Below are positions 1 through 10,714 of a stretch of 63,859 nucleotides of DNA, piece by piece. How positions within the stretch are numbered: position 1 is the stretch's first letter; every line of letters begins with the position of its first letter. Below the pieces are notes generated by a model, which was not told the origin of the DNA, searched no databases, and saw only the letters and a program-made list of their open reading frames with translations. A program made the position numbers and the translations under genes. This DNA comes from Vitrella brassicaformis CCMP3155 (Eukaryota > Protista > Chromerida), in the NCBI GenBank assembly GCA_001179505.1, contig CDMY01000260.1, positions 1 through 63,859 of the forward strand. The letters are read 5' to 3'.

Positions 1-595
1 CCCCCCCCAGGGAGACAGCTATGAGCAAGAAACACCAGATGGATCCACGAACGAGACACACTCATATACGTGCACACACATCTACACTTACGTGAACGCC
101 TCCATTAATCCACGACATGCTGGCTGCACAAACACACTCACGCACACATCTACACACACACACACACACACGCGCACACTGTTCACCGATGTGTGCATGA
201 AAGACGAACGCATTCACGCGCACACATTCACCAATTTTGTTCACAGCCACTCGCTATCGCGATGGCATGGCAGAGCAGGGATTGGCCCATGGGATGGCGA
301 GACATGCACTTGATGCATTGAGTGTCCTTGGTACAACTGAATGAATGGGCGGGCCATGAGATACACAATTATTTCCGGTGTTGATCAATTTCTCAATGTG
401 CCTCGTTCGCCTCACAGTGTTCTCGCTGTCTTTCTAGCCTGTCTGTCTGTCTGCTCTGTGCCTTGAAGCATCGGGAAGGAATGTCAGCCACGAAGAGGGC
501 CCGCCCGCTGATGCGATGCGTGTGGCCCGCTTCTTCACTTCACTACCAAATAGCCTCTCCAACCAAAGTCACCAACCAGCACACAAATTGATCGA

Positions 596-1323
596 TCAGA
601 TGTTCCGGAACACACGTGTCTCGCCAAAATCCTTACACACAGAGGACTCCTTGCGCGCGCCCCCGAAAGCACGCGACACCCACGAGCCGCCCTTCCCCGC
701 CTTTCTCACCCTCTCTCTGCACGAGACGTCCAGCAGCAGCGGCAGGGAGTCCACCATGCCCACTCGGCCGCATGACACCACGACGGTGTCCTCAAAGGAA
801 GCCCCTAGGTCCGCTAGCCGGCCGCCCGGGCCCATCTCGAGCGCTGCGGCGTGCTGCACACGCGCTGCTGAATCGGTCTCCCTCAACACAGTGTGCACCT
901 CGCTCCCTTGGGCCAGGTAAGATCCCTCAGTCTGCCGCATCTGCGAGTAGCGGATGTGCGCCTCGACTGCGTCGCGGCACAGCACATCGTCCAGCGAGCA
1001 CCGCTCCCTCTCGCTGCTGATGATGGTGACGCTGACACCCAAGCTGTCGCGCCAAGACAGCAGGTGGTCGCGGAAAGGCATATCGCGGAAGGTGCGGGCG
1101 CCGTGCAGGATCGAGACCGTTGTGAGATTTGTGCCGAACCAGCCGTCCCGTTCGAGCAGCTCCATTGTGGCGCGGACGCCGCTGAGGCCCACCCCTGTGC
1201 TGACGAAGACCAGGTGCTGCACTTTGCCGTTGTGTGGGTGGCTCATGAAGTCCATCAGGGGGTCCTGCATCGAGTTGACGAAGCCAACAATAGACGGATT
1301 GACATACACACTCCTCACCTGCA

Positions 1324-1359
<36 letters not shown>

Positions 1360-2414
1360 TGGTTTCGCCTCTTCCCTCTGGTCATCTGTGTGGGAGTGTG
1401 TGCTCCGTCGCTTACCCTGCCAGCCGGCATTGACCGCAAAGCCCGCGCAACCACTGTCACGTTCTCGTGGAGGGACTCATCCACCTGTTGGCTTAAGACC
1501 TCCAGCACACCAGGCGGGCCCGTGTTGGCAATGGCGTATGCCTGCTCGATGTGCCAGCCCTCGACAAACACCCTCGTGACGCCGCCGGGCTGATAAGTAG
1601 CCATGAGGGCGTCCCAGTGGGGCAACGACAAGTGCAGTGTGAGGTGCTGGATCGGGCCGTATGACACACGCTCGAGCCGATCGACAGCCAGGAAGTCATC
1701 TAGAGAACGGAAACGAAGACGATGACCGAAAGCATCAGGCGGCTGATTCCTCTCTCTCCCTCTCTCTCTCTGACCATCACAATCGCTCCCAAAGTAGTTG
1801 CAGGGACACTCGAGGACGCCGCACATGTAATTGCTGAAGTTGGCATGACGCGCAGCCACAGCAGGTTCGCACCTGTCGTCGCAGCACAGCAGGCCCTCGC
1901 CCAGCGGCTGAGGGTACCGATCCCGGCGGATCTCGGGGGGCAGGCACTCATCTCTGCAGGGCGAGCTGCCTATTGGAAAACCCTGGAACTGCATGAAGAA
2001 GCCACAGGGCAGCCTCGGCTTGTTGCCGCTCAAAACGTTGATCGACCTGCACCATGCAGCCAGTGCAGTGAAAGACATCCTGACCCCAGATCTGTGTGTG
2101 CGTCTTCCCACCATAGTTCACAGGAAGTTGTGCACAGCTCGCCTTGGCAGCTGTGGACGTTCCTATCGACAAAGCAGAGGGCTCCTTCCGGCGCCTCCCG
2201 ACACCATTCGCCACATGTCTGAAGTGCCACACACACACACACACACACCACACACACCCGAGCGCATCAACGTGCACCCATCTGTCTGTACAATCCATCC
2301 AGGTGCTGTGCCGCCTTGCGCACTGCACACCTGGTCGGGGAGGATGCGGAACGACGAGCCACAGGGGATGAGCCAGAAGAAGCCGAGAAGCAGCGCATCT
2401 ATCAACACACTCAT
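596..2414 (-). CDS. Spliced gene: signal peptide + Cys-rich region + ferredoxin-NADP reductase (FNR)-like FAD/NAD(P)-binding module
   Basis: Last exon (ORF 596..1336) has FNR-family motifs VFVSTGVGLSG (cf. ATGTGIAP), ILHGART and VSCGRVGMVD. The preceding exon has QAYAIAN (RxYS-like). Phase-consistent GT-AG joins lead back to the hydrophobic N-terminus MSVLIDALLLGFFWLIPCGSSF at ATG 2414. The 5' exons are less certain. Confidence 0.7.
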
Positions 2415-2607
2415 TGTACAATGCAGCTGCATCATACACAATACACAGACAGAACAGATCTGGGCCTAACGGCGCGTTCGGCCAGATCTCAATGGCGAGC
2501 TCAAGAAGCAAACCCTAAAACCCCACAGATGGACGACGAGAAAACTTCTAAATTCTCATCCTTCCCATCCCACCCACTCCCCTTCTTCACCCAATGGTGA
2601 CACCATC

Positions 2608-5600
2608 ATGACAGAGTCAGCCTGCCACTCGGTCCCTCTCACCGGTGAGGGACACCCTGTTCACCCCAGGGACTTCCGCTTGTCGGCTGCTGCTGAGGAT
2701 CCGCCATTGGACGAGTCGGCTGTCATTGTCCGGCCAGTTTTAGAGGCCGTCTTCGCCCGACGCCTCAGGCGGCCGGGCAGCGTCGCACGGACCTTCCCTC
2801 GGGGACTTCCAGATTTTGAATACCTCGGTAAGCCTGGCAGACAAGCAAACACTTCACGGTTCCTTCTGTTTCACTGTGTCTGTTGTGTATATGAATGCAG
2901 TCAGGTTTCGCACGCAGTCGCCCCGGGGCATCAAGTGGCTTCCCTACGAGAAGCTGGCGTACAGCACGGGCTCTCTCCGGTTGCTGGACACGTTCAGCGC
3001 TGATGCGAACGCGCGTGAGAGCGATGGCGCGAGCGCTGACCCCGTAGTCGACGGTGTGGGGGGGCCTCTGGTTGAGCGCGTCATCGACAGTAGTGGTGTG
3101 TGCGCGGATCTCGCACCCGCCCTGCCCGACTGGCTGAGGGAGTGCCATAGCATTCTGGGCGCCCTTGTCACTTTCCAGAGGAGCGGGGTAAGGACAGACG
3201 CACTCACGCACACGTAGAGCACTGCTGGATGGATGGATGTGTGTGGTGCGTGTCTGTCTGTGTTGGCAGGTGTACTATTGTTTGCCGTTTCTGACCGATC
3301 GCAACCGGCCGCCCGACTGGCCGTTCACCATCAAGCATGACATGTGCCTCCAGACGATCGCCAGGAAGATCAGACTGCAGGAGTATACAGATGAGAAGGT
3401 ACACACGCAGCTCGTTCACCACACGAGCGCTCTTGCATTGTGTTTCTTTCCATCGTGTGGGTGTTGTGACGTCTGTCAGGGCTTCTGGAACGATCTGGAT
3501 CGCATTTGGAAGAATGTCAGCCTCTACTACGGCGTCTGTGGCGCTGTCCCCGCCAGGGCACGGCTGCTAAAGGCCCTGGCGGAGAAGGTGCGCAAAAACC
3601 GACAGACCAATGCAGCAGTCACTATGGATGCGGTGCGTTTGGCTGGCCTTTCTCTCTCGATGTGTGATATGCAGCTGCGTGAAGAGGCGTCGGCGCCGAC
3701 AAACAGACGGCCCCAAGGTGCCCCCCTGCCATATGTGGATGATTATGAGGGCATCACGACGTCGGAGGCCATCCAGCACGTCACGTACTGCTCGCGGACC
3801 GCCCAGCCAGTGGACCTCTATCTCGTCAAGTGGACGGTGCGCACCCGCACGACGCACGGCATGATTGAGGCGTTACAGAACGCATCCGCCCATGTGTGCA
3901 TTAATGTCTGTCTGTCTGTCTGTAGGGGTTGAGTGAGTCCCAGTGCACATGGGAGATTCTTGATCCGCTCCGAGAGGACCCCCGCACACGGCAGGCCATC
4001 GCTGAGTGCACGGCCAGGTACCTGTTTCACACCTCCCCAGCAGACCCACACGCCGGTACCTCCGCCCCATCAGCCCATCCCCCTCCCCCTCCCCCACCCG
4101 CACCGCCCGTCTACGACGGCAAATCACTGGATGGCTGGTACGCTGGCACGCGGCGGCCAGCGTATCACCCATCCAGTGATTTGCCGTCGGCTCCAACTGC
4201 TCCACCCTCATTCAAGAGTGCGCTCAGGGGCATCTTCACCAGCAGCAGTGGAAGCACCACTTCCAGCCAGAGGCAGCAGCAGCAGCAGCAGCAGCCGAGC
4301 AGCGCGGCAGCATCCACCGCAGCCAGCCCAGGAGAGAGGCAAGAGAAAGGGCAAGGGCAAGGGCAAGGGCAAGGGCAGCGGGAGGGCAACACGCGACATT
4401 TGCGCTGGGTGCGGCAGAAGGCCCGTGACCCATTTCTTAAACCTTGGTGCGACGCGGTGTTGAAGCTATGTTCCGGGCCGTTGATGCAGCCGCGCCACGC
4501 GACCCTGGCCATGATGGTTGGCGGGCTGCTGCTCACGCCCGAAGAGGGGCAGGGGCGCCTGCATGCGCTGCTGATGGCGGGGCTGCAACTGGCGGCCCGG
4601 AGCGGCGACGTGTGGGAGGCCGACGACCCTTGCTATGAGCTGATCGCCCTGCTTATCTACGACCGTCGAGTGGCCGTGGACACCGTCATGGACTGCATTG
4701 CGTCGACGTGCATTCCGCTGCGGGCGCTCAGCGCGCTCAGTCCCGACACAGAGACAGCTGAGATCCAGTCGATGGTGGGCCCCTTTGCGGTCGTGCTCAG
4801 GGCCACATGGCAGCCATTCGAGGACCTCCACCCCATCAATGTGGCCTACGAGGGCCCCATGGCACGGTTCGCCGCCGTCCTGCAGAAGGCCATGAGTGGG
4901 GTCAAAGACAGAAGGGACCTCACGGCGCTGCTCTCGCTGGATAGGAAACGGCGGGACGAAATGCGGCCGTCGGCGGGAGACGCAGAGGACTTCAAGCGCG
5001 ACCTCCGCGCCGTGGAGGACAACGCCGTGTGTGAGGAGGTGAAATACCGTCTGATTGTCGATGCGGCCAAGAGCGGGCTGTGGTCCAAGCCGCCCCGTCA
5101 ATTGACCTTCCCCGAGTACGTCAGCCATTGGGAGGCGGCGGCTCAGGCGGCCCTGCCAGGCTATCGCGAGTGTGTCGATCGGCACCTGCCTGCCGCCATT
5201 GAAGCCTGCCGGAACGGCCAGATGGAAAGGTTCGGGACCGTCAGGTTTGTGGCGGGGGGTCTGACCGCCATGGGCTACTCACCGCAGGCAATCCGGCGGA
5301 TGAGTGACAAGAGGGCCGACCAGCTGATGGCGGATTTCTTCCGAGACCTGCTGACCAAACGGGTCAGGGAGCGAGTCATTCGGCCGACCCTGTGCCCATC
5401 CATCCATCCATCCATCAATCCATGTGTGTGTGTGCAGGGTGAGAAGTGGGCGAGTCGGATAAATTGGCGATCCGACGCTGTGAGTCGAGATTCCCAGCTG
5501 GCGGTGCTCATGTGGGTCCAGCAGGCCTGTCTCAAGCGAGAATACGTCAGTGCACCTTTCCCCCCCTCCCCCCGACTCACATCACAATCTCTCACACACG

Positions 5601-7468
5601 CTCACACACACGTGTGTGCATCTTGATCTGATCGCTGTTTCAGGGCATTGAGTCGAGCCCCCCTTCAAGCCGGCCCTGGGAATTCCTGTCGTATCTGTCG
5701 CCCGAAACACTTCCAAGACACCAGCAGCAGCCGGCCACACCAGCAGCAGCCAGCAGCAGCAGCAGCGGCACGTTAGCTGAGTCGCAGCTCGTGCAGAATC
5801 TGCAGCACCACATCGGCAAGTTCTCCGTCTCCCAGGCGGCGGAGCTGTGCCTCATCAAGCTGCTCGTGGCGCTGTGCAAGACGCCTGTGGATGGGAGAGA
5901 GAGAGCGGTGAGGCGGCTGGTCAGAAGCGAGCTCAGCAAGATGGTGAAAATGTCGCGGGCTGACCCCCTCGACCGACCCTTCTGCCCCACATGTGAGAAG
6001 TGACGGATGTGGGCACTCAAAACAGGACAAAGGCAACGCGACACTGCCCCTGTGTGTGTGTGTGTGTGCGTGTGCTTGCTGCCATCAGGCATGGCAGACA
6101 TAGAGGAAGGTATGGAGGACATCTCTGTGCGCGACGATGAGTACGAGCCGGCCCTGCAGCAGATTGAGGCCGAGTACAAGCTGCTCATGGTTATGGCACC
6201 CCAAGACATCAGTGCCAATGCCAGTACTACTGACACACGGCCCCTCTCAGCCGCGGTCAGCCGCATCATGTCGGCCGCCTGGCGCCCCGCCAAGACCGAT
6301 GAGATCTTCATCAGGGCCGACATCCGACACGCCGCGGCCTATGTGGCCAAGCTCAATGACGCCATCACCGGCATCAGCTGGGAGGACATCACAGCAATGT
6401 TCCAGCTCCAGAGAGAGGCGCTCGACGGGCTGAGAAACAAAATCAGCGACCTGTGTGAAGGGACTCGCGTCAAAGAGATGGAGAGGGAATACGTGGCACG
6501 GTGAGCAGACGAGAATAGACAGCAGGGAGCGATGAGGAGGGAGGGTGGATGGATGGATGTGTGTGTGCAGGTTGAAGTACCTCTACGCCAAGACGGCGTC
6601 AGCAGAGGAGATCCTGCGCATCTTTCTTGCCCTCAAGGAGCAAAGAGCGTCACCGCCCCCTGCCCCTCGCACCTGGTCGGCCGACACCTACACCCAGTTC
6701 CGCAGGATGGTGGCCGACGAGGTGCTCAACGGTTACCGAGCCGCCATCTCGGCCAATCTTAAGCCGATGATCGCCGCAGCGGACCTCAGCTCCTGGGACG
6801 TGTTGCTGGCCGCACTGGGCTACGACCCTGCTGCGATAGAGGGCGCCCCGGTCGGTAAGCGGCTTGAGATTGTGGAGGACTTCTTGAATGACGCGCTGCT
6901 GCATGGTGGGGAGCGGTGGAAGGGCCGACTGCCGTTCAAGAAGATCGCGCCATCAAAGATCGTCTTCTGCGTTCGGTCGGCACACCACAAGACGTTGCTC
7001 CGGGTGAGCTACAGGGAGAGAGAGAGGGAGAGGGGATTCATCTGTGTGTCTGTGGTAGTATCTCTCTATCCATCAGGAGCACAAGAGCAAGGAGTGGCAT
7101 TTTCGATCGGCGATGCCCAAAGGCGACGAGCAGGACGACGCCCACATCGACCGGCCATGCTGCTATAAGTACGCACGCAGCCACCCATCCCCCCCCTCCC
7201 CCACACACACACGTGTACCCCTCCCTCCCTCCCTCTCTCTCTCTGTCTGTGTGTGTGTGTGTGTGCAGGTGCAACAAGGAGCTGTGTCTGCGGCGGTACA
7301 CGGGCAAGGCGCATCTCGCGGACGCCTGCCGGCTGCGTGTGGAGTACCTCGAGAAGGTCGACGAACAGCAGTCATCTTTGGGAGGCCGCCAGCGGGACAT
7401 TCGCACGGCCCTCGCAGAAGCCAAGAGCGAATACACCAAGGCCATGCAGGATCGGGGTCAGTGAGCAC

Positions 7469-7499
<31 letters not shown>

Positions 7500-8617
7500 A
7501 CCGCACCCATAATTGTATGTGTGTGTGCAATGATTGCAGACGACTGTGCCGTCCGTCTGGTCGGTTTTCCCGACTCTGACTCAGAAGAGGGCGAGCTCGA
7601 CGGCGATCAATCCTCATCTGCACCGTCACCCGTTGCAGCCATCAGGCCCGGTTTGGCCCCACACAAGCACCAGCAGGAGCAGCAGCAGAAAGGCCGTCGA
7701 AAGCCGCCCCAGCAGCAGCAGCAGCAGCAGCCCGTGAGTGCGGCAGACGAAGCCCGAGCCAAGAAGGCCGAGAGGCAGTTGCTGCGCGAGATCGGCGAGC
7801 ATGTCAGCGACTCTGACGATGACATTGGTGCAGATGCAGAGGCACATCTGCAGCAACAAGACGAGGGCGGGGCTGTTGTCTCTGCGGCGGCGGCGGCGGC
7901 GGCCTCTACCAAGAAGAAGCGCAATCGGCGCAAGAACAAGGCAGCCAAGCCGCCCTCGCCCTCGCCCCCTCCCTCTCCCTCTCCCGACCATTGTTGTCCG
8001 CTATCCACCAGGCCTGATGCCACTGATAATGTCAAGCCGGGCGACACACACACGGCCACGGCCACGCCCCACCCCTCCCAGCCATCCTCTGTGCCATCGG
8101 TGCCACTAGACCCGCCGCACCAGCTCGTCGATGATGTCAATGAGCCGCCCTGCCCACAGCAGACGCAGCCTCAGCTGCCGGCGTCATCACCCAGCAGCCA
8201 ACGTGAGGGTGGTGGCGAGGGTGAGGGTGAGGGAGGGGAGGGGACAGAGGGGCCTGCAGCGGCTTGCCCCATCAGGGCGGTCTCTGAGGACGACGTGTCG
8301 CGTCAGAAGGAGACGCTTGTGGGCTTGCTGCAGCAGGTGCAGGAGCTGTCAAAACAAAACGACACGTAGGGAACTATCAGACACCGGACAGACAGACAGA
8401 CAGACCGACAAACACAACAACCAACATCCCCCGTGTGTGTGTGGTTGTAAGCAGGTTGTCTGACCGTGTGTTGGGATCCGATGACTTGTCGGTGCTGACG
8501 GCGTCTGCCGATGACATTCGGGCGGAGATTGCCCGCCTGCGGTCGCTGGAGGGTCAGATACACCAGCGCATCGGCCGCCTGATGTGCTCTGGGACGGGCA
8601 GCACACGGGCCGCCTGA
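2608..8617 (+). CDS. Large multi-exon protein with atypical bromodomain, CHD-type chromodomain, duplicated helical domain, Cys/His motif and coiled coil
   Basis: Spliced exons give LRECHSILGAL...PDWPFTIKHDMCLQTIARKIRLQEYTDEK|GFWNDLDRIWKNVSLYYG (bromodomain pattern) and YLVKWT|GLSESQCTWE (chromodomain). They continue through ORFs 3929..5626, 6007..6504, 6545..7168 and 7113..8369 to the last exon ending at 8617. Confidence 0.75.
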
Positions 8618-9077
8618 CTGAGATGGGTAGTGTGCAAACGTTGCCCGACTCACTCACAGATAGGTGGATGTGCTCATGTGGTATGTCTGCGTCGACCGAC
8701 TCGACTCGATGGATGTATGGGTGGTTAAATAAGACAGGTCAGTCACAGTGATGTCTGTCGAATGATGATTGATGCGATTGTGACAACAAAGCCTTCCATG
8801 GGCATGTCCTCCTCATCGCATGCATTGTCTGTCCATGAGCATGTGTGACCTGTCTGTCTCTGTGCACGGTCTGTGACCATGGCACCACAGAGACGGACGG
8901 GTGGCACAGGCACAGACACACCCACTCACTCACTCAGACCATGGCATCTACACACCACACACACACGCATCCTCTAGATGGAGAGACAACTCGCCACAGC
9001 TGCCACAGCTGTAGTGGATGTGGAAACGGCACGACATGACACGGCACAACACACATCCACATGCACATGCATGCCCA
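8514..9077 (+). repeat. Direct repeat copy 1 (~0.57 kb): last exon end and 3' flank of the bromo/chromo gene
   Basis: acattcgggcggagattg...gtcgctggagggtcagatacaccagcgcatcggccgcctgatgtgctctggg...catgcatgccca recurs almost identically at 17850-18434. Confidence 0.95.
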
Positions 9078-9333
9078 CGTCGCAGACTCTCAGACGAGAG
9101 ATGATGGTCGATGTGCATCATCATGTATTGTCAAAGGTGCAGACACGCACCCTCCACGCGACGCGTGAAACGGGGAGATGTCGCATGAATGATTCATTCC
9201 AGCCGTCTTGTGTTATGGTTCTTGCACACGCATAAACAGGACGCCCTTTCGGAGCCATTGCGTTCATCGCAGTCACGAGAGCCACTCGGAGAGAGTCGTG
9301 TGTACGAATACGTAGGAGTTCCAACATTCCTTC

Positions 9334-10714
9334 CTACTCCAGCGTTAAACACAAAACGTCATCAGCCATGAATATCGCACTACCACCCGGCAGAGCCCGT
9401 CCATCCTCATTCCTCCTTCCCTGATAGCCGTCAGGCACGTCACGCTTTGGGATGACCTGATGACACTGACGCACGTCATCGCACCCATAAGCCAAAGACA
9501 GCGCGCCAGAATAGGGAGAGGCCAGCTCAAGCTTTCCCCGCCCATCCACTGCCCCCTCTGGAGCAAGGACACGCACTCGGTCAGGACAATCCCAGGAAGG
9601 GACGGGGATTGTCCTGGGCCGGTCGTCACCGAAGTGGCCGGAGAGGAAGAACAGCTTCACTGCGCAATAGTACTCCTTCTCCATTGCGGTGCCGTCCGGC
9701 AGCTTGATGCCGAGACTCATGGTGGCGCCGAGGACAGCGGGGCCCTTCATGACGAGGAACACCAGAGGGCTCGCATCGCCGACACAGCGCACCAAATCAC
9801 TGAAGCGATGCCAGCCAGCTGAGGCCCTGTAATGAAGACATGCATCAGTGCATTAGAATATCCAGCGGACGGAATGCACGAGCACCTGCATAGCAGCTTC
9901 AGTTTGCGGTTTTGCCAGCTTCGTGGCAGGACACTTGACAGAGCCACCGCCTCCTGAATACTCAGGCCGCTGCCCTTGGGCACCTGCAGACAAATCAATG
10001 CAAACGTCTCTCTCCGGTGTGTGGCTGTGTGGGTGTGTCTGTCTTCGACCTCGAATGGAGGCCGCCAAGAGTGTCCGTCCGCGCGAAGGACTTCGAGCTC
10101 ATCAGCTATGATCGTCTCACCCTGACCCGGCACCACTGCACGATGGCACCTGCGCAGATCCGCCGAAGGACCGACATGTGGGATATAGCTCGACCACTGT
10201 CTTCGCTGCTTGAAATCGCTGTAACCCAGCTGCCAAATCCCCAACTTCAACTTCGACCGGCCGCCTTGTCCATCTTCTTCGTCACACACCAGCTTCTCAA
10301 GCCCAGCGACAGACACGCGTTGGTCGGGGCGACAGCCGTAGATCATGGTCGGCTTGTCGAAGGGGCCGATGAGAGAGAAATGCGTCATCTCGCAGGAGTA
10401 TGAGTGGAAGCTACCGGCCTTCGGGAGCGTCAGACCGCCGTCGATGTAGATGCCGGAGACACAGCAATCCTTCCTAATGATGAACACGATGCTGCTCGCA
10501 CCACCCACATGTCTCATGAGATCACCATACTGCCAGCCATGGACAGATCCCCTACGAATGCCAACGGAGAGAGTGGGCGATTGACGACTCTGCAAGAGTG
10601 TACCTGTGTGTACCTGTATAACAACGTGAATGTGCACTCCTTGAAAGTGGATGGCACCAACATCGAGTGCAGCTTCGCAGACTGGGACTCAGTCAGACTA
10701 CTCCCAGCGATCAA
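9334..10714 (-). other. Tandem TLDc-like domains
   Basis: TFTLLYR|GSVHGWQYGDLMRHVGGASSIVFIIRK...IIADELEV and LKLLCR|ASAGWHRFSDLVRCVGDASPLVFLV...GGSAIFMADDV match the TLDc pattern (LLYRAS.HG..F...C....P.LV....FGA....F..DEVEV). Confidence 0.85.

Noticed and set aside
1948-2511. PNGase/transglutaminase-like motif RWVHVDA in ORF 1948..2511
   Set aside because: No catalytic Cys context and no ATG. The motif lies in sequence best explained as an intron (GGATGGAT, TG repeats) of the FNR-like gene read in another frame.
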